A stretch of 64,000 nucleotides of DNA from Glaucostegus cemiculus (Eukaryota). The notes below the pieces were generated by a model. That model did not search any database. It saw nothing but the letters and a program-made list of their open reading frames with translations, and was not told the origin of the DNA. The translations under genes and the position numbers were made by a program. The stretch spans positions 1,798,001-1,862,000 of the forward strand of contig CDPCPM010000022.1 in assembly GCA_976551045.1 (NCBI GenBank), written 5' to 3'. Positions 50,901 through 62,900 of this stretch are shown here, one piece after another. Each line of letters starts with the position of its first letter. The stretch's first letter is position 1.

Positions 50901-53900
50901 AACCTTCGGTGAAGAAGCACCCTGATGAGGATGACCCAGAGTTGATAAAAACACAGGTAGCCATATGACAAAATTGTTGACATCCTTTATACACAGAAGT
51001 TTAGAAGAGATTACTTTTACGTTGTACTTCAGAATTTCTAGATTAGATGTATTAGGTGTGATATTCCTTCAGATCCTCAATTCGTTACCTGGTGAACACT
51101 AATCATTGTAAAATCTTTTTAAAGCAGCTGAAGGGCAGGCTTTGACTTTGTTAGAAGGCGACTGCAGGAGATCAGTTAGGAATTGATGTATTAGCTTGCT
51201 AATCTGACTCCCTGATCTTGGGGAGCATGATGGTATTGATTTGTTACGCAGTGGGTGAATTTTACTAGTTTTGATAGTTGGATCTGGTCATAACTGCCAG
51301 CAGATATATCAGTGACATTGATATATTCTCTCATTTTGCCAAGCTGTTCTTGTACAAATGAGTTCCCATTGTTTCATTGAATATTGGGTAATGTGACACC
51401 TTTGCAACACTTTGGTAGCTGTTAGAGTTGCAGGCAGCTTACTGTCTAAGAGAGTGGGCTGGGTGCTGGAAATATTGATGTTGATTCGTAACATAGAAAA
51501 TTAAAATCTTGCAAATGGACTAGAGGTTAATTGGCATGTTGACTTCCAAGTGACTGTCATTTAAATCTTGTACAAATGTTGGTGAAATTTGTCTACATAG
51601 CCTTGAGTGAATCACATTATTTTGTAAGCATGAGTTGGCATAGAAGTAGAATGTTTTGCATCTGTGGTTTGACTAGTACTGCAGACCTGGAATTGACAGT
51701 TAAATGATCTTCATAGTAGAAAGTGTTTTTTAAGCTTATAGGTCAAAATAATTTTGAAAACCTATTTTGTATATGGTTGCAGATATAAAGTTTGAACTGT
51801 TTGCTTTTTTACCATAATTGAAACTCTCCCTTGAGCTTGCCTTAATGAGAATAGATTTTTTCTGGCAAGCCTTTTTCATTTGTGGGTTGCTTTGTCACTC
51901 GCTCTGGTCACTGTTTTCTGAAGGGATATTTAAGTGTAGCTAGTGATTAATTACCTGCTTCCCACCCCTTTTTCCCTCAGTGGAGAAATGTCTGTTTTGC
52001 TGAGGTCTGCAACTTCAGGTAAAAACTGAGTCTGAATCCCATTCTGAAGTTTTCCTTGGGCCACAAGTTGCTAGCTGAATTGCACCTCACCACCTTCACC
52101 AAGTTCTTGAACAGATGGTGTGAATATGTGGGTAATAGATTATTACATGTAGGTTGAACAGTGAGTGCATGCATACAAAAAAACGTGGGGCATTATTATT
52201 CCTGTGATTGTTATGCATATGTAAACATTGCTAGGTGAATCTAAAATTTTTTTTTGTTGTTTAGGAACTATTCCGCAAGGTCCGTAGTATTTTGAACAAA
52301 CTGACACCACAGATGTTCCAGCAGTTGATGAAACAAGTTGCAGAATTGACTATTGATAATGAAGAGAGGCTAAAAGGTGTTATTGACCTAGTGTTTGAAA
52401 AAGCAATTTCAGAACCAAACTTCTCTGTTGCCTATGCCAACATGTGCCGCTGTCTTACAACTGTAAGTAACCTATTAATATCTTGGAATAAAATTGTAGC
52501 TTTAGGAAGTTTGAAAGCAGTAAATTAACATTCCTGGTAGCTGAAACCTTTGTGATTAATAAATATTGTTGTTCTTTAGTTGTGAAATATTTATCCTGAG
52601 TTATTTGTACCTTTTTGGAGACATCTTTAATAGATTCAGGGATTTCTTTTAAAAATTGAATTTCAAGCAGCTTGTGTGAATTGCTCTTAAAAATGCAGAG
52701 TGAAGCTGCTTTTAGATTAGGAACCCAAATTTTGGTCTGCAAGTCATTGTAGAACTGTAATACATTTGTTTATTGTTGCAATTTAACAGCTATTGGAGTG
52801 CAAAAACAAATTGTGTAATAACAGATTAATATTTCAGTTTACTACCTGTGTTGTACTTTGTGGAGGGAGTGATTTTTGTCATTTGTGGAAGGCTAGCTGT
52901 ATTGAATGTGGAGTTGCAAAGTAATGAGAACACGATAGTATATAGTTTAGAATGTTAATTTCTTAGTTTAAAAGCTAACTTGTACTTTTAACAGCTGAAA
53001 GTTCCAATACCTGACAAGCCTGGAACAACTGTAAATTTCCGGAAGTTGCTATTAAACAGATGTCAGAAGGAGTTTGAAAAAGATAAAGATGATGATGCTG
53101 TAATAGACAAAAAGCAGAAGGAAATTGATGCTGCAGCTATGGTAATGAACTTTTTTTAAAAAAGATCAGTGAAGATTTTTGGTTTGGGGATTGCATGTTT
53201 GGGGATTGCAGCCTATGTTTCTGTAAAAGTAATTCTGTTCCTTGCGTGTGCAGTACTTGGGATGCATATTATGGTTTGGATATATTAACACAATATCGTT
53301 ATTACACATTTGTGGAACAAAGTTAACTGACATAGCTTTGATATTGTACATTTTATGATTAATCTCTTCAAAAGGTAAAGTGTCAATGTTTGCGATAGTA
53401 AGTGATTAATTTGGTCTTAATGCTAGTCTGGTTCCTTAGTTGCCAATTTCATTTTCATCAATTGAAATTCTCAGTTTTCCTTGTATGTGTTTACATTGTC
53501 CTACAAATAGCAGGAGATGAGCTTTCCAATGATTCATCAGCTGTTGTTCAAAGTTTTTGCTACCTTGGATTACAAGTATGCAATCAAGCCTTGGGCACAA
53601 GTAAAATCTTTGTAGAACCATTTGTGCATTGTAATATGTAGCTCATAAACAGCTATCCAGTTAGTCCAACTCCCTACTACTTTCCCACAGCTTTATATAT
53701 TCTATCCCCTTTATATTCAACTCCCTTTGAAGTTATTCATTCTGCTTCCACTGTCCTTCTGTTGGGCCAGTTTTTAACAGCTTGCTGGCTTTAAACAACC
53801 AAAGGTTACTCAAACTTTTGTTTTACAAATTACCTGACATCTTTGGCTTTGATTACAGATATTTCTGCCAGTGTCTTCTGTCAAATCATTGAAACATTGT

Positions 53901-56900
53901 CTTTCCTGTTCCTGCAATTAAACACATAATGTCATATCAACAGAGTTTCCCCTTATTTACACTCAAAAGCACTACATAATTTTGAGTGTTTATTAAATGG
54001 CCCTGAAGGATGCCTCCTCATAGCTTGGATTGTTTCTTTCCTAATGTGCCCAGAATTGGAAGTCTACTCCCAGCTAACTCCTAATCAGTGCTTTAAAGAC
54101 TAAGAATTTTAAAGACATGGTTTTCTCGCTTTTATTTCCTCCTCCTGTGCTGCCTACCAAGTGTAATTTTAAAACATAATATCTTAATTGCTTTTCTCCC
54201 TCAGTCTCTTACAGCAACATCACATTCTTATTTCATCCTCAATACATAACACTCTTCATTCATTACCCTCTTTCCTTGCAAATCCCATCACTCACCTATC
54301 AACACACTTTTTCACCCCCTCTCCCTGGCTGTGCCATCTCATGTGTAATTTTCTTGTATTGCTCCAATCACTCGATTCCTTTTCCTTTTGACCCCAATTG
54401 TTCTCTTCTACTTATGTCCCTAGAAATAACTGTTTCCCCAATTTAAGTACATTTTTTGCAAAATCAGTCTAACCAGTGGTTTTCCTACCAATACATTTCT
54501 CTAGCTGTCAGTCTGCTTGACTATATACTTCTGTGTGTAAGCCCATTTAATAATTACATTCTTTCACTTAAGCCATTTGTGCTGATAGTGTGGTCCAAAT
54601 GATGGAAACTTGAATGGACGTGGAATACAATTGATAAGGCTACTTCATTTGAAACTATTTCTTTTCATTTACTCTCACGCTTTCACAATTTTTAAACTCT
54701 GTGTCATATTTTGTTGCATTTTCTGAACCAAGGAGAATAACCAAAATTTCTGCAGTTTATCCAGACTGGTGCAAACTCGGTGAATACTATTGGGATAAGA
54801 TAAGCATTAGTCTGCTGTCAAGTTCAAAGTAAACAGGATCATTCTGATGACTTGGCTTTGCACTAGTGAAACAGGATAGTGTAACCCATATTAAGGACCT
54901 GATTCATTTCACCCAAGCTGCCTGATGTGACTAATGATCAGATGACAAATCAGGATCTGTGACACCAGCAGGATTTTTGCATTAAAGACATCTGCATTTC
55001 ATATAATGTGGTATCATGATTCTGGACTAATATGTATCGCAGCTGAGAGTCACTTCACTTATTGGGGTTGCATTTCAGACAAGGATCCCATCTCATCAGT
55101 CATCAAAATCTTTGGTGTATTTTGATAGTAATCTTCAACATCCAAGGGCAAAATTTATAGGAAATCTGTTTATTGTTTTCTTTAATGGATCGTATAAATT
55201 AGAGGAATAGCTTGTTAATATTGTTTACTCTGGCAATCTGGTTTAAGGTGTCACAACTTGCAGTAAAATGAACTTCTATCATTTCCAGCAGTTATTTGTT
55301 TCCTGCAGTTTTGACAGCTTCTAATCCCTTTTCTTAAAATCTAATTGTTTTACGTGAGCTTTGAGGGAACTGGAAGTAGTATCTGTGTGTGATCCTTTCC
55401 TTGGCATTCACTCAGAGCTACTTGTGAGACAATTTCATAGGCAGTGGAGGGCTTTCTTTCATTGTCTGTTATCTGACCTGTAAGTACTGTTGCATTCTCA
55501 CTATTGCCTTTTTTAAAGTTAGCTGTCTTCTGGCTGTCTTGGAGCATCTCAACTGCAAAGATGGACTTTATGGTTAAGATGCAGGCTTGCTGCCTGAGTT
55601 ATTAGGATAGCTTTACATGCATCTTCCTGTTTTGGAGTTTTTTCTCTGCACTGTTTTAGATGTAACTGAAGTCCATTGTATGTCTCATTTTCTTTTGTTG
55701 ATGCAGGAAGGTAAAATGTTACTTTATTCTTGACAGACACTTCATCAAAAGCATTTAGCATTCTGTGCTCTGCTGATAACTGATTTTTAACTGAACAGCT
55801 AATGTGTTTTGTATTAACATTGTTCACTACTGAGTGAGTTCAAAATAAAACATTTGCATGCTGCTGTTTGTGACCTCCAGGTTTCCCAAAATAACTTGCA
55901 GTGTGAATTAAGTACTTTAGGTGTTAGACAAAACAGTGCCAGCAATGAGGTGGTAGCCTAGTTTAAGGATAAAGACCAGAAGGCAAAGAAAGCTGTACTT
56001 TAAAATAATGCCACATGAAGGCAGTCAAGGTCTCTGTTGTAGAGGCTTTGTCACCTTTTCAATGGATTCTGCCACTCTTTTGAAGTATCAACCAAGATTA
56101 CTTGTCTGTCAGATGGTTGCCTTGAACCTACCACTTACTGACTGTGAGAGTGCTACCATATGAGTTCCAGCAAATCTACTTGAAAGTATTTCACAATTGG
56201 GCTTCATGCTAAAATCACACTGGAGTGTGTCCTTAATGCTGCTTCTGAATGGTATTTGACAGAAAATGATGGCTCATCAGCAAAGGGAGGTTGGTAATTG
56301 ACTGGAAGTTTCCTTGTCCCATGTTGACCTGATGCCTGATTCTGAGTCAATGTTAAGAACTATTCCCTCACAACATGTGTAGTCACCTCTGGTGGGAAGG
56401 AATATGGCCAGAGATAACAATTGTGGATTCTGAGATGATGGCTGAAAGATAATCTGGTAAATATCACTATCAGAATTGGATAGTGCATAAGCAGCTCTCC
56501 AAACTTCGGTCAGTTCCATCATCCTAAAGATTTTATAGAAATGATTTTGGCTAGGTGTGCCAGTGTTGGACGTATTTGCTGTCCAATTCAGTTGCTTTAT
56601 CCATCTAGTTAAATTATTGTGCTTTAATGTTAATCTGTTATGGCTGACCAGTTTGACTTTAGGGGGGCAGTCTACTGTGAATTTGGAGTTCAATGTAGTT
56701 CTGAGTGAGAATGGTAGATGTTGATCCTACAGGATGCCATTAAACCAGATAGGAGTATGAACAATCCAGTTGCTTAGTCATGACTAATTATTTTATTGCT
56801 TTAATATCACTGTTTTTATAATTTATTGAATTTAAGTTTGTCCTAAATTATTATTGAACCAAGTCCCTGAACTAACAATCTAGCAACTAATCCCTGTGAT

Positions 56901-59900
56901 ACTGCAATTATATGCCTCTTTTGGCTCCTTCCCACACTGATATTTTCATGGGCACTGACAGTTAGCCTGTATTTTTTCTGTTAGTTTCCATGCCGAGTTA
57001 CAATTATCCTCTAAACCTGTAATGCTTTAATTCTCCATTTCAGTCTGAAGAGAAAACTCGTCTTCAAGAAGAGTTAAAGGATGCCAGAGATAAAGCCAGG
57101 CGAAGATCACTAGGCAATATCAAGTTTATTGGCGAACTCTTCAAGCTGAAAATGTTGACAGAACCTATTATGCATGACTGTATAGTGAAGCTGCTAAAGA
57201 ATCACGATGAAGAATCACTAGAGTGCCTATGTAGGTTGTTAACTACAATAGGCAAAGATTTGGATTTTGAAAAAGCCAAAGTAAGCTGAAGAAATTTTGC
57301 TTAAATGCTTGGTAGAATGGGCATAATTTGGTCTCAGATGTATTTGGTGGTTTTCTGCAGAAAATATTACCTTTTTGTATTTTATAGCCTAGGATGGATC
57401 AATATTTTAACCAAATGGAAAAAATAATCAAAGAAAGGAAAACCTCATCTAGGATTCGCTTTATGGTACAAGATGTAATTGATCTGCGACAAGTGAGTTC
57501 ATTTTTTTTTGAAGATGGTAAATGATCTGTATCTGTATTAATGTTGAATTTTGTTAACAAAAACCTCTGATCTGAATTTGTCTGCAGTATTTTTGGAAAT
57601 GTTAATTTTATTGATGTAGACAATATGGTCAGAACTAGCAACATTTTGCAAAGTTTTAACATTTAAATTATTGATCATTGCCGGGGGGTGGGGGGGAGCT
57701 GCAGTTTGTCCAGCAAATAGTTCTTTATTAAAGCCACATTGTTGTCGTGAAAATCTTTTTGTCCTCATTAGTGTCAGCCTCTCAACGTTCTTGATTATTA
57801 GCTTTTGGATGAAGTAGCCAACAGAAAGCTGTTAAGCAACCTATAACATTTCTGTACAGCAGCAGTATTTTCAAAGCATGGGTACTTGAATCGACATGTG
57901 TGTTTCCACTATAGTGTTTAGACTGAAGTGATAGATTAGATGTTCTGGGTAATTGGGTGGGAAAAAAATGTTATTTATGGAATAAAATGTACAGTTTAAT
58001 TGTTTGTTTCCAGAATAATTGGGTGCCTCGAAGAGGTGATCAAGGACCCAAGACGTTAGAACAGATACACAGAGAAGCTCAGATAGAAGAGCATCAACAG
58101 CATTTAAGAGTACAACAACAATTGCTATCTAAGCAGGATAAAAGGAGAGGTGGTGGAGGTAGTAGTAGTAGTAGTACAGGTAAGTTTAATAGTGATGTTG
58201 ATATGTAATCTATCTTCAGTCCAATCTGTGGGCATTATTCTGGAACTTCAATGGGAATACATATGACAGACAACCTACCCTGGTCAACCAACATCTCCTT
58301 CCTCGCCAAGAAGGTACAGCAGCGTCTCCACCTTTTACAGCAGCGGAAGAGAGCAAACCTGCCCCCCTCACCCCCTCCCCACCCTCCCACCACACCTACC
58401 CTCACCACATTCTATAAGGGTACCATTGAGTGTGTCCTGCCCTGGTACGGTAACTAACATGTCTGACCGTAAGTCTTTACGGAGAATTGAGAGTACAATG
58501 GGAAAGATCATTGGAGTACCCCTTACCTCCATCCTGGATATTTACAACACATGATGCACATGCAAGGTCTGCAGAATCATAGATGACCCTCTTCATCCTT
58601 CCCATGACCTATTTGTCCCACTGCTGTCTGGTAAGCGGTACTGGAGCATCCAGACCAGAACTATTAGACTGTACAACAGTTCCTTCCCCCCCCCCCCCCC
58701 CCCCCACCCCCCCAAGGCTGTCAGGCTCCTGAATACCCTGGAGGCAGTTTCAGACAAATGCCACGTCAAAAGCCCCAGTTTGCACAATGGCGTACAAGAA
58801 CTTTGGCTGCTGCTGAATATGTTTATACAGTTAGTACAACACAATGAGTTCTGTTTTGCACTAACTCTGCACTAAATTTGTATTCTGTACATCCTTTTTT
58901 TGCACTATTTACACTTGCACAATTTTTCTATTTTGTCTTCTGCTTTATGTATGTCCTTTGTTGTGAGAGTCTGGAGGGAAACTACATTTAATTCCTCCAT
59001 GTGTTTTTGTAGTATATGGGTGAATGACAGTAAAGTAACTTGAACCAATTTCAAACAGTAAATCTTGGCTTTTTGAGGATCACCGGCTAAATCCCAAAGC
59101 ATGTTACTGGAATTTGTTGGATATTTTGCTGTAGCCATTTCCCTTTTCACTATCTTTGCTTATGGTTGGACTTTGGTTCAAATATCTGTACGTCTTTAGC
59201 TGATATCTTCCCAGTAATCAAATGATTGAGAGAGAATTCATGTTATAGTCCAATGTTTGCAAAGCTGCATTGTCCTTCATACGTATTGACTGCTGAAAAA
59301 TCTTCCAACTCTTGCACAAATCTGCTGAACTTGTATGTGTTGGTCTAGGATGAAAGGACTTGTCAGTTTTAAATGGCTTTGTTGGAGCAGCATTCTTGAT
59401 CTCTTTAAATTGTGCACACGCCCCTAAGGCAGTATTGCTTATGCTAATAAGCTGTAAACCAGTCTTGTGTGTGATTTGACTTGGGTTTCTGGCTATTATG
59501 AATTATTTCTAATTACAAAATATTGCTATCTGTAGGTGGTAGAGGAAGTCAAGGAACAGATGAAGCAGGTTGGAATACTGTACCAATTGCCAAAAGTAGC
59601 AGGCCTATTGATACTAGTAGGCTAAGTAAGATTACTAAGGTAAGACATTTGTTTCAGAAAATGTAACTTGCATTTAAAAAAAAAATTAAATGTAAATGGT
59701 ATTTAAGAACTTAATTCTTTACCGTGTCACTGTCCACACATATTTTTCTTAAATAGGCTGGGGCCATGGATTACAATAATCAAGTGCTGGCACCAGCGGG
59801 TCGACTTGGTGGCTGGGTTAAAGGGAGCAGTGGTGGATCTGGAAGCAAACCTAGTGATACAGGTAACTTCAAGATTAAATATTGTAATAAAGCCACTATG

Positions 59901-62900
59901 GCCAACATAGAAATGGTGTTAACTTTTTCCCTTCTCGATGCTCGAGTTACTGGAAAATTCAGGGAACATTGGTTGTTTGAATGTCTTTCTATTTGTGTAA
60001 TTAAATGCTGTTTCAGTAATTAAACATCTGATTCAAGAGTAGGCACGTCACCAACATTCACCTAAACATTCAATGTCTGAAAGGCAAATTTACTGATGTA
60101 AGAAGAAAACATTTCTTACCTGTCAATTTTTATGTTCTGGTTTTGTATTTTAAATTATTCCAACTGCTGTAATTCATATGTTCCAGAGACATTTTATTGA
60201 TTTGGCACAAGCAAACTAGTATTGCCTTTACTTTAGTCTATGGTCTGTGCCAGTCCAGTATCATTGTAAAGGAAAATGCTTCATTTGGGCAAAGCTGTGG
60301 CAGCTGATGTCTCACTGCTTCAAGGACCTGAGTTCGAGTTTGACGGCTGCTGTCAATGTACACTTTGCACAATTTCCCTGTGTCTGCATGGGGTTCCACT
60401 GGGAGCTCTGGTTTACTCCCACTTCCCAAGGACATACTAGTAGGTTAATTGGTTATCATAAATTACTCCCTAGAATGGCTGGGTGGCAATAGAATTGAAG
60501 GAGAGTTGACAGGCCTATGAAAGAGTAAGTTGCAGGCCTGTAAGGGGAAAGGGACTGTTAGGATTGCTCTGCTGGGGCTGGATGACATTTTTCATAAAGG
60601 TGAGCAAATTCAGCCACTTGTCAGATTTAACTTGCTATTTGGTTTCTCATGGAAAAAAAATTTGTACTTTTAAACCAAAAGCCAAACTGGTAGTTTTACA
60701 TCTACATAGTTGACATTAGTCTGGTGAGCAATAATGACTATGGCTGCTTAATTAGATTGTAGCATAAAATTTTGGAAAGGGCAATACATAAATTGAACCA
60801 AGAAAGAGTTATAAACTGCTTTTGGTCAGATCACTGGGGATGACTGTCTGAATTTATTTCCCTTGAATTCATATCCCAGAGAATATAAATCTAAACAGAT
60901 GTCTTGAATTTGTATTCCTTATAAAGAGAGGATATTCTGTTTTGCCAGACTTGTGTATGTGGGGAAGGGCCTGCTTTATTTTCAAGCTATTTTAAAATTT
61001 GTGCCCTCTTCTCCGGAGGAGGAGAATCTTCTCATTCTGTATTGTTTATAGTAATTCTATATCATTCATAGTAAACATCTCAATTAGATTATTTCTCAGT
61101 CAATCACACTCCAGGTGATGCAAGGTAAGCTTGTGTATCCTCCCTTCACAATTTGACCTCTCAATCTGTGGTATTCCCCATTATAGATCAATATCTTCTC
61201 TGATAAAATTCAGCCCAGAAATGATTAGCAACAATTGGTTTATAATAGTGTTGACTGCATACCTGTATAGCTATTTCCTATTTGTGCCTTTAGGTGTGGA
61301 TTCGGGAAGGCCAGCCACAGCCACATTGAATAGATTTTCAGCTCTCCAGCAGTCTTCATCCACAGATAATTTTGATGCACGAAGAGTTGTACCCAGGCAA
61401 GTTGATGGAATTGATTACTGGAAGCTTAACCTTTTAAATCTATATTGCTGGACTTCCACTGTGCTGTGCACAGAAATAGAAATACATAGTGAATTTTAAC
61501 TGCTGATTTTGAAATAGCTTAATTTGGAATTCATTTGGGGAAAATAAAGCATTTCAGGTGGCCCCTACGTTATGGAAGGTAGCGTTAACATGTGCCATAT
61601 TGTGATTTTCCATAACGTTTGGTCACGACATTTGCACATGCATTAAAAAATGTTTTTTCTCACAAATTTGTGAGTGAATTTTATTCCACATCTACCAGTT
61701 TGTGATTTATGAATTCTGTAAGGGCGAAGTTTCATAACCCGAACAGTATTAACACAGGGATCACTTGTACATTGTTTCAGTTTTTGCTGAAAATGTGCCC
61801 TTAATGTGAAACTAAAGCACTTTGTAAAGATTTCCATTTCACTGTTCATGACTTTGGCTTGTCCCATAGTGGTGCACAAACAACAAAATAACATCTTTTG
61901 AAACACAATCATTGTTGCAGTGAAGGGAATGTGCGGTCAAATTGTGCGCAACAAGTTCCTTCAAGATGATGTGATAATGAAGAGATCTACTTTTGTAGAT
62001 TGAAAGATCACACAGGGCAATGGGAATAACTTAAGTGCTCAGGTATGATAGAACATAGATACCTACAGCACAATTCAGGCCCTTCGGCCCACAAAGCTGT
62101 GCCGAACATGCCCCCACACTATTAGGCTTACCCATAACCTTCTATCTTATTTACCTCCATGTACCTATCCAACTGTTTCTTGAAAGACCCCAACGTATCC
62201 GCCTCCACCACCATCTCCGGCAGCCCATTCCACACACTCACCACTCTCTGAGTAAAAAACTTACCCCTAACATCTCCCCTATATCTTCCCCCCCAGCACC
62301 TTAAACCTATGTCCTCTTGTGGCCACCATTTCAGCCCTAGGGAAAAGCCTCCGACTATCTACCCTATCCATACCTCTCATCATCTTATATACCTCAATCA
62401 GGTCCCCCCTCATCCTCCTCCTCTCCAAGGAGAAAAGGCAGAGTTCCCGCAGCCTGCTCTCATAAGGCATGCTCCTTATTCCAGGCAGCATCCTCGTAAA
62501 CCTCCTCTGTACCCTCTCTATAGCTTCCACATCCTTCCTGTAGTGAGGCGACCAGAACTCAACACAATACTCCAGGTGGGGTCTGACCAGGGACCTATAC
62601 AACTGAAGCATTACTTCCCTACTCCTAAGTTCAATCCCTCGACCGTTGAAGGACAATACACCATACGCCTTCCTAACCACAGAGTCAACCTGCGCAGCCA
62701 CCTTGAGCGTCCTATGGACTTGGACCCCAAGATCCTTCTGATCTTCCACACTGCCAAGAGATATTTTGGGATATTTTGTATTAACCTGAAAGATGATGGC
62801 TTATTTGATATCTTGTGTGTATATATATATTATATATTAAAAAATCTACTTTGTTCGGTACTGCATTGTAGTGTAAGCTTTTGATTTTCTTTTTATTTCC

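Noticed and set aside
53182-53211. Short direct repeats (gtttggggattgca twice; also ggccacctggac twice near 40129-40169) as an array
   Set aside because: Only two units each and no spacer array. This is ordinary slippage duplication in a eukaryotic intron.
62309-62884. 191-aa + strand ORF
   Set aside because: It is the antisense shadow of the young CR1 RT fragment, not a gene.
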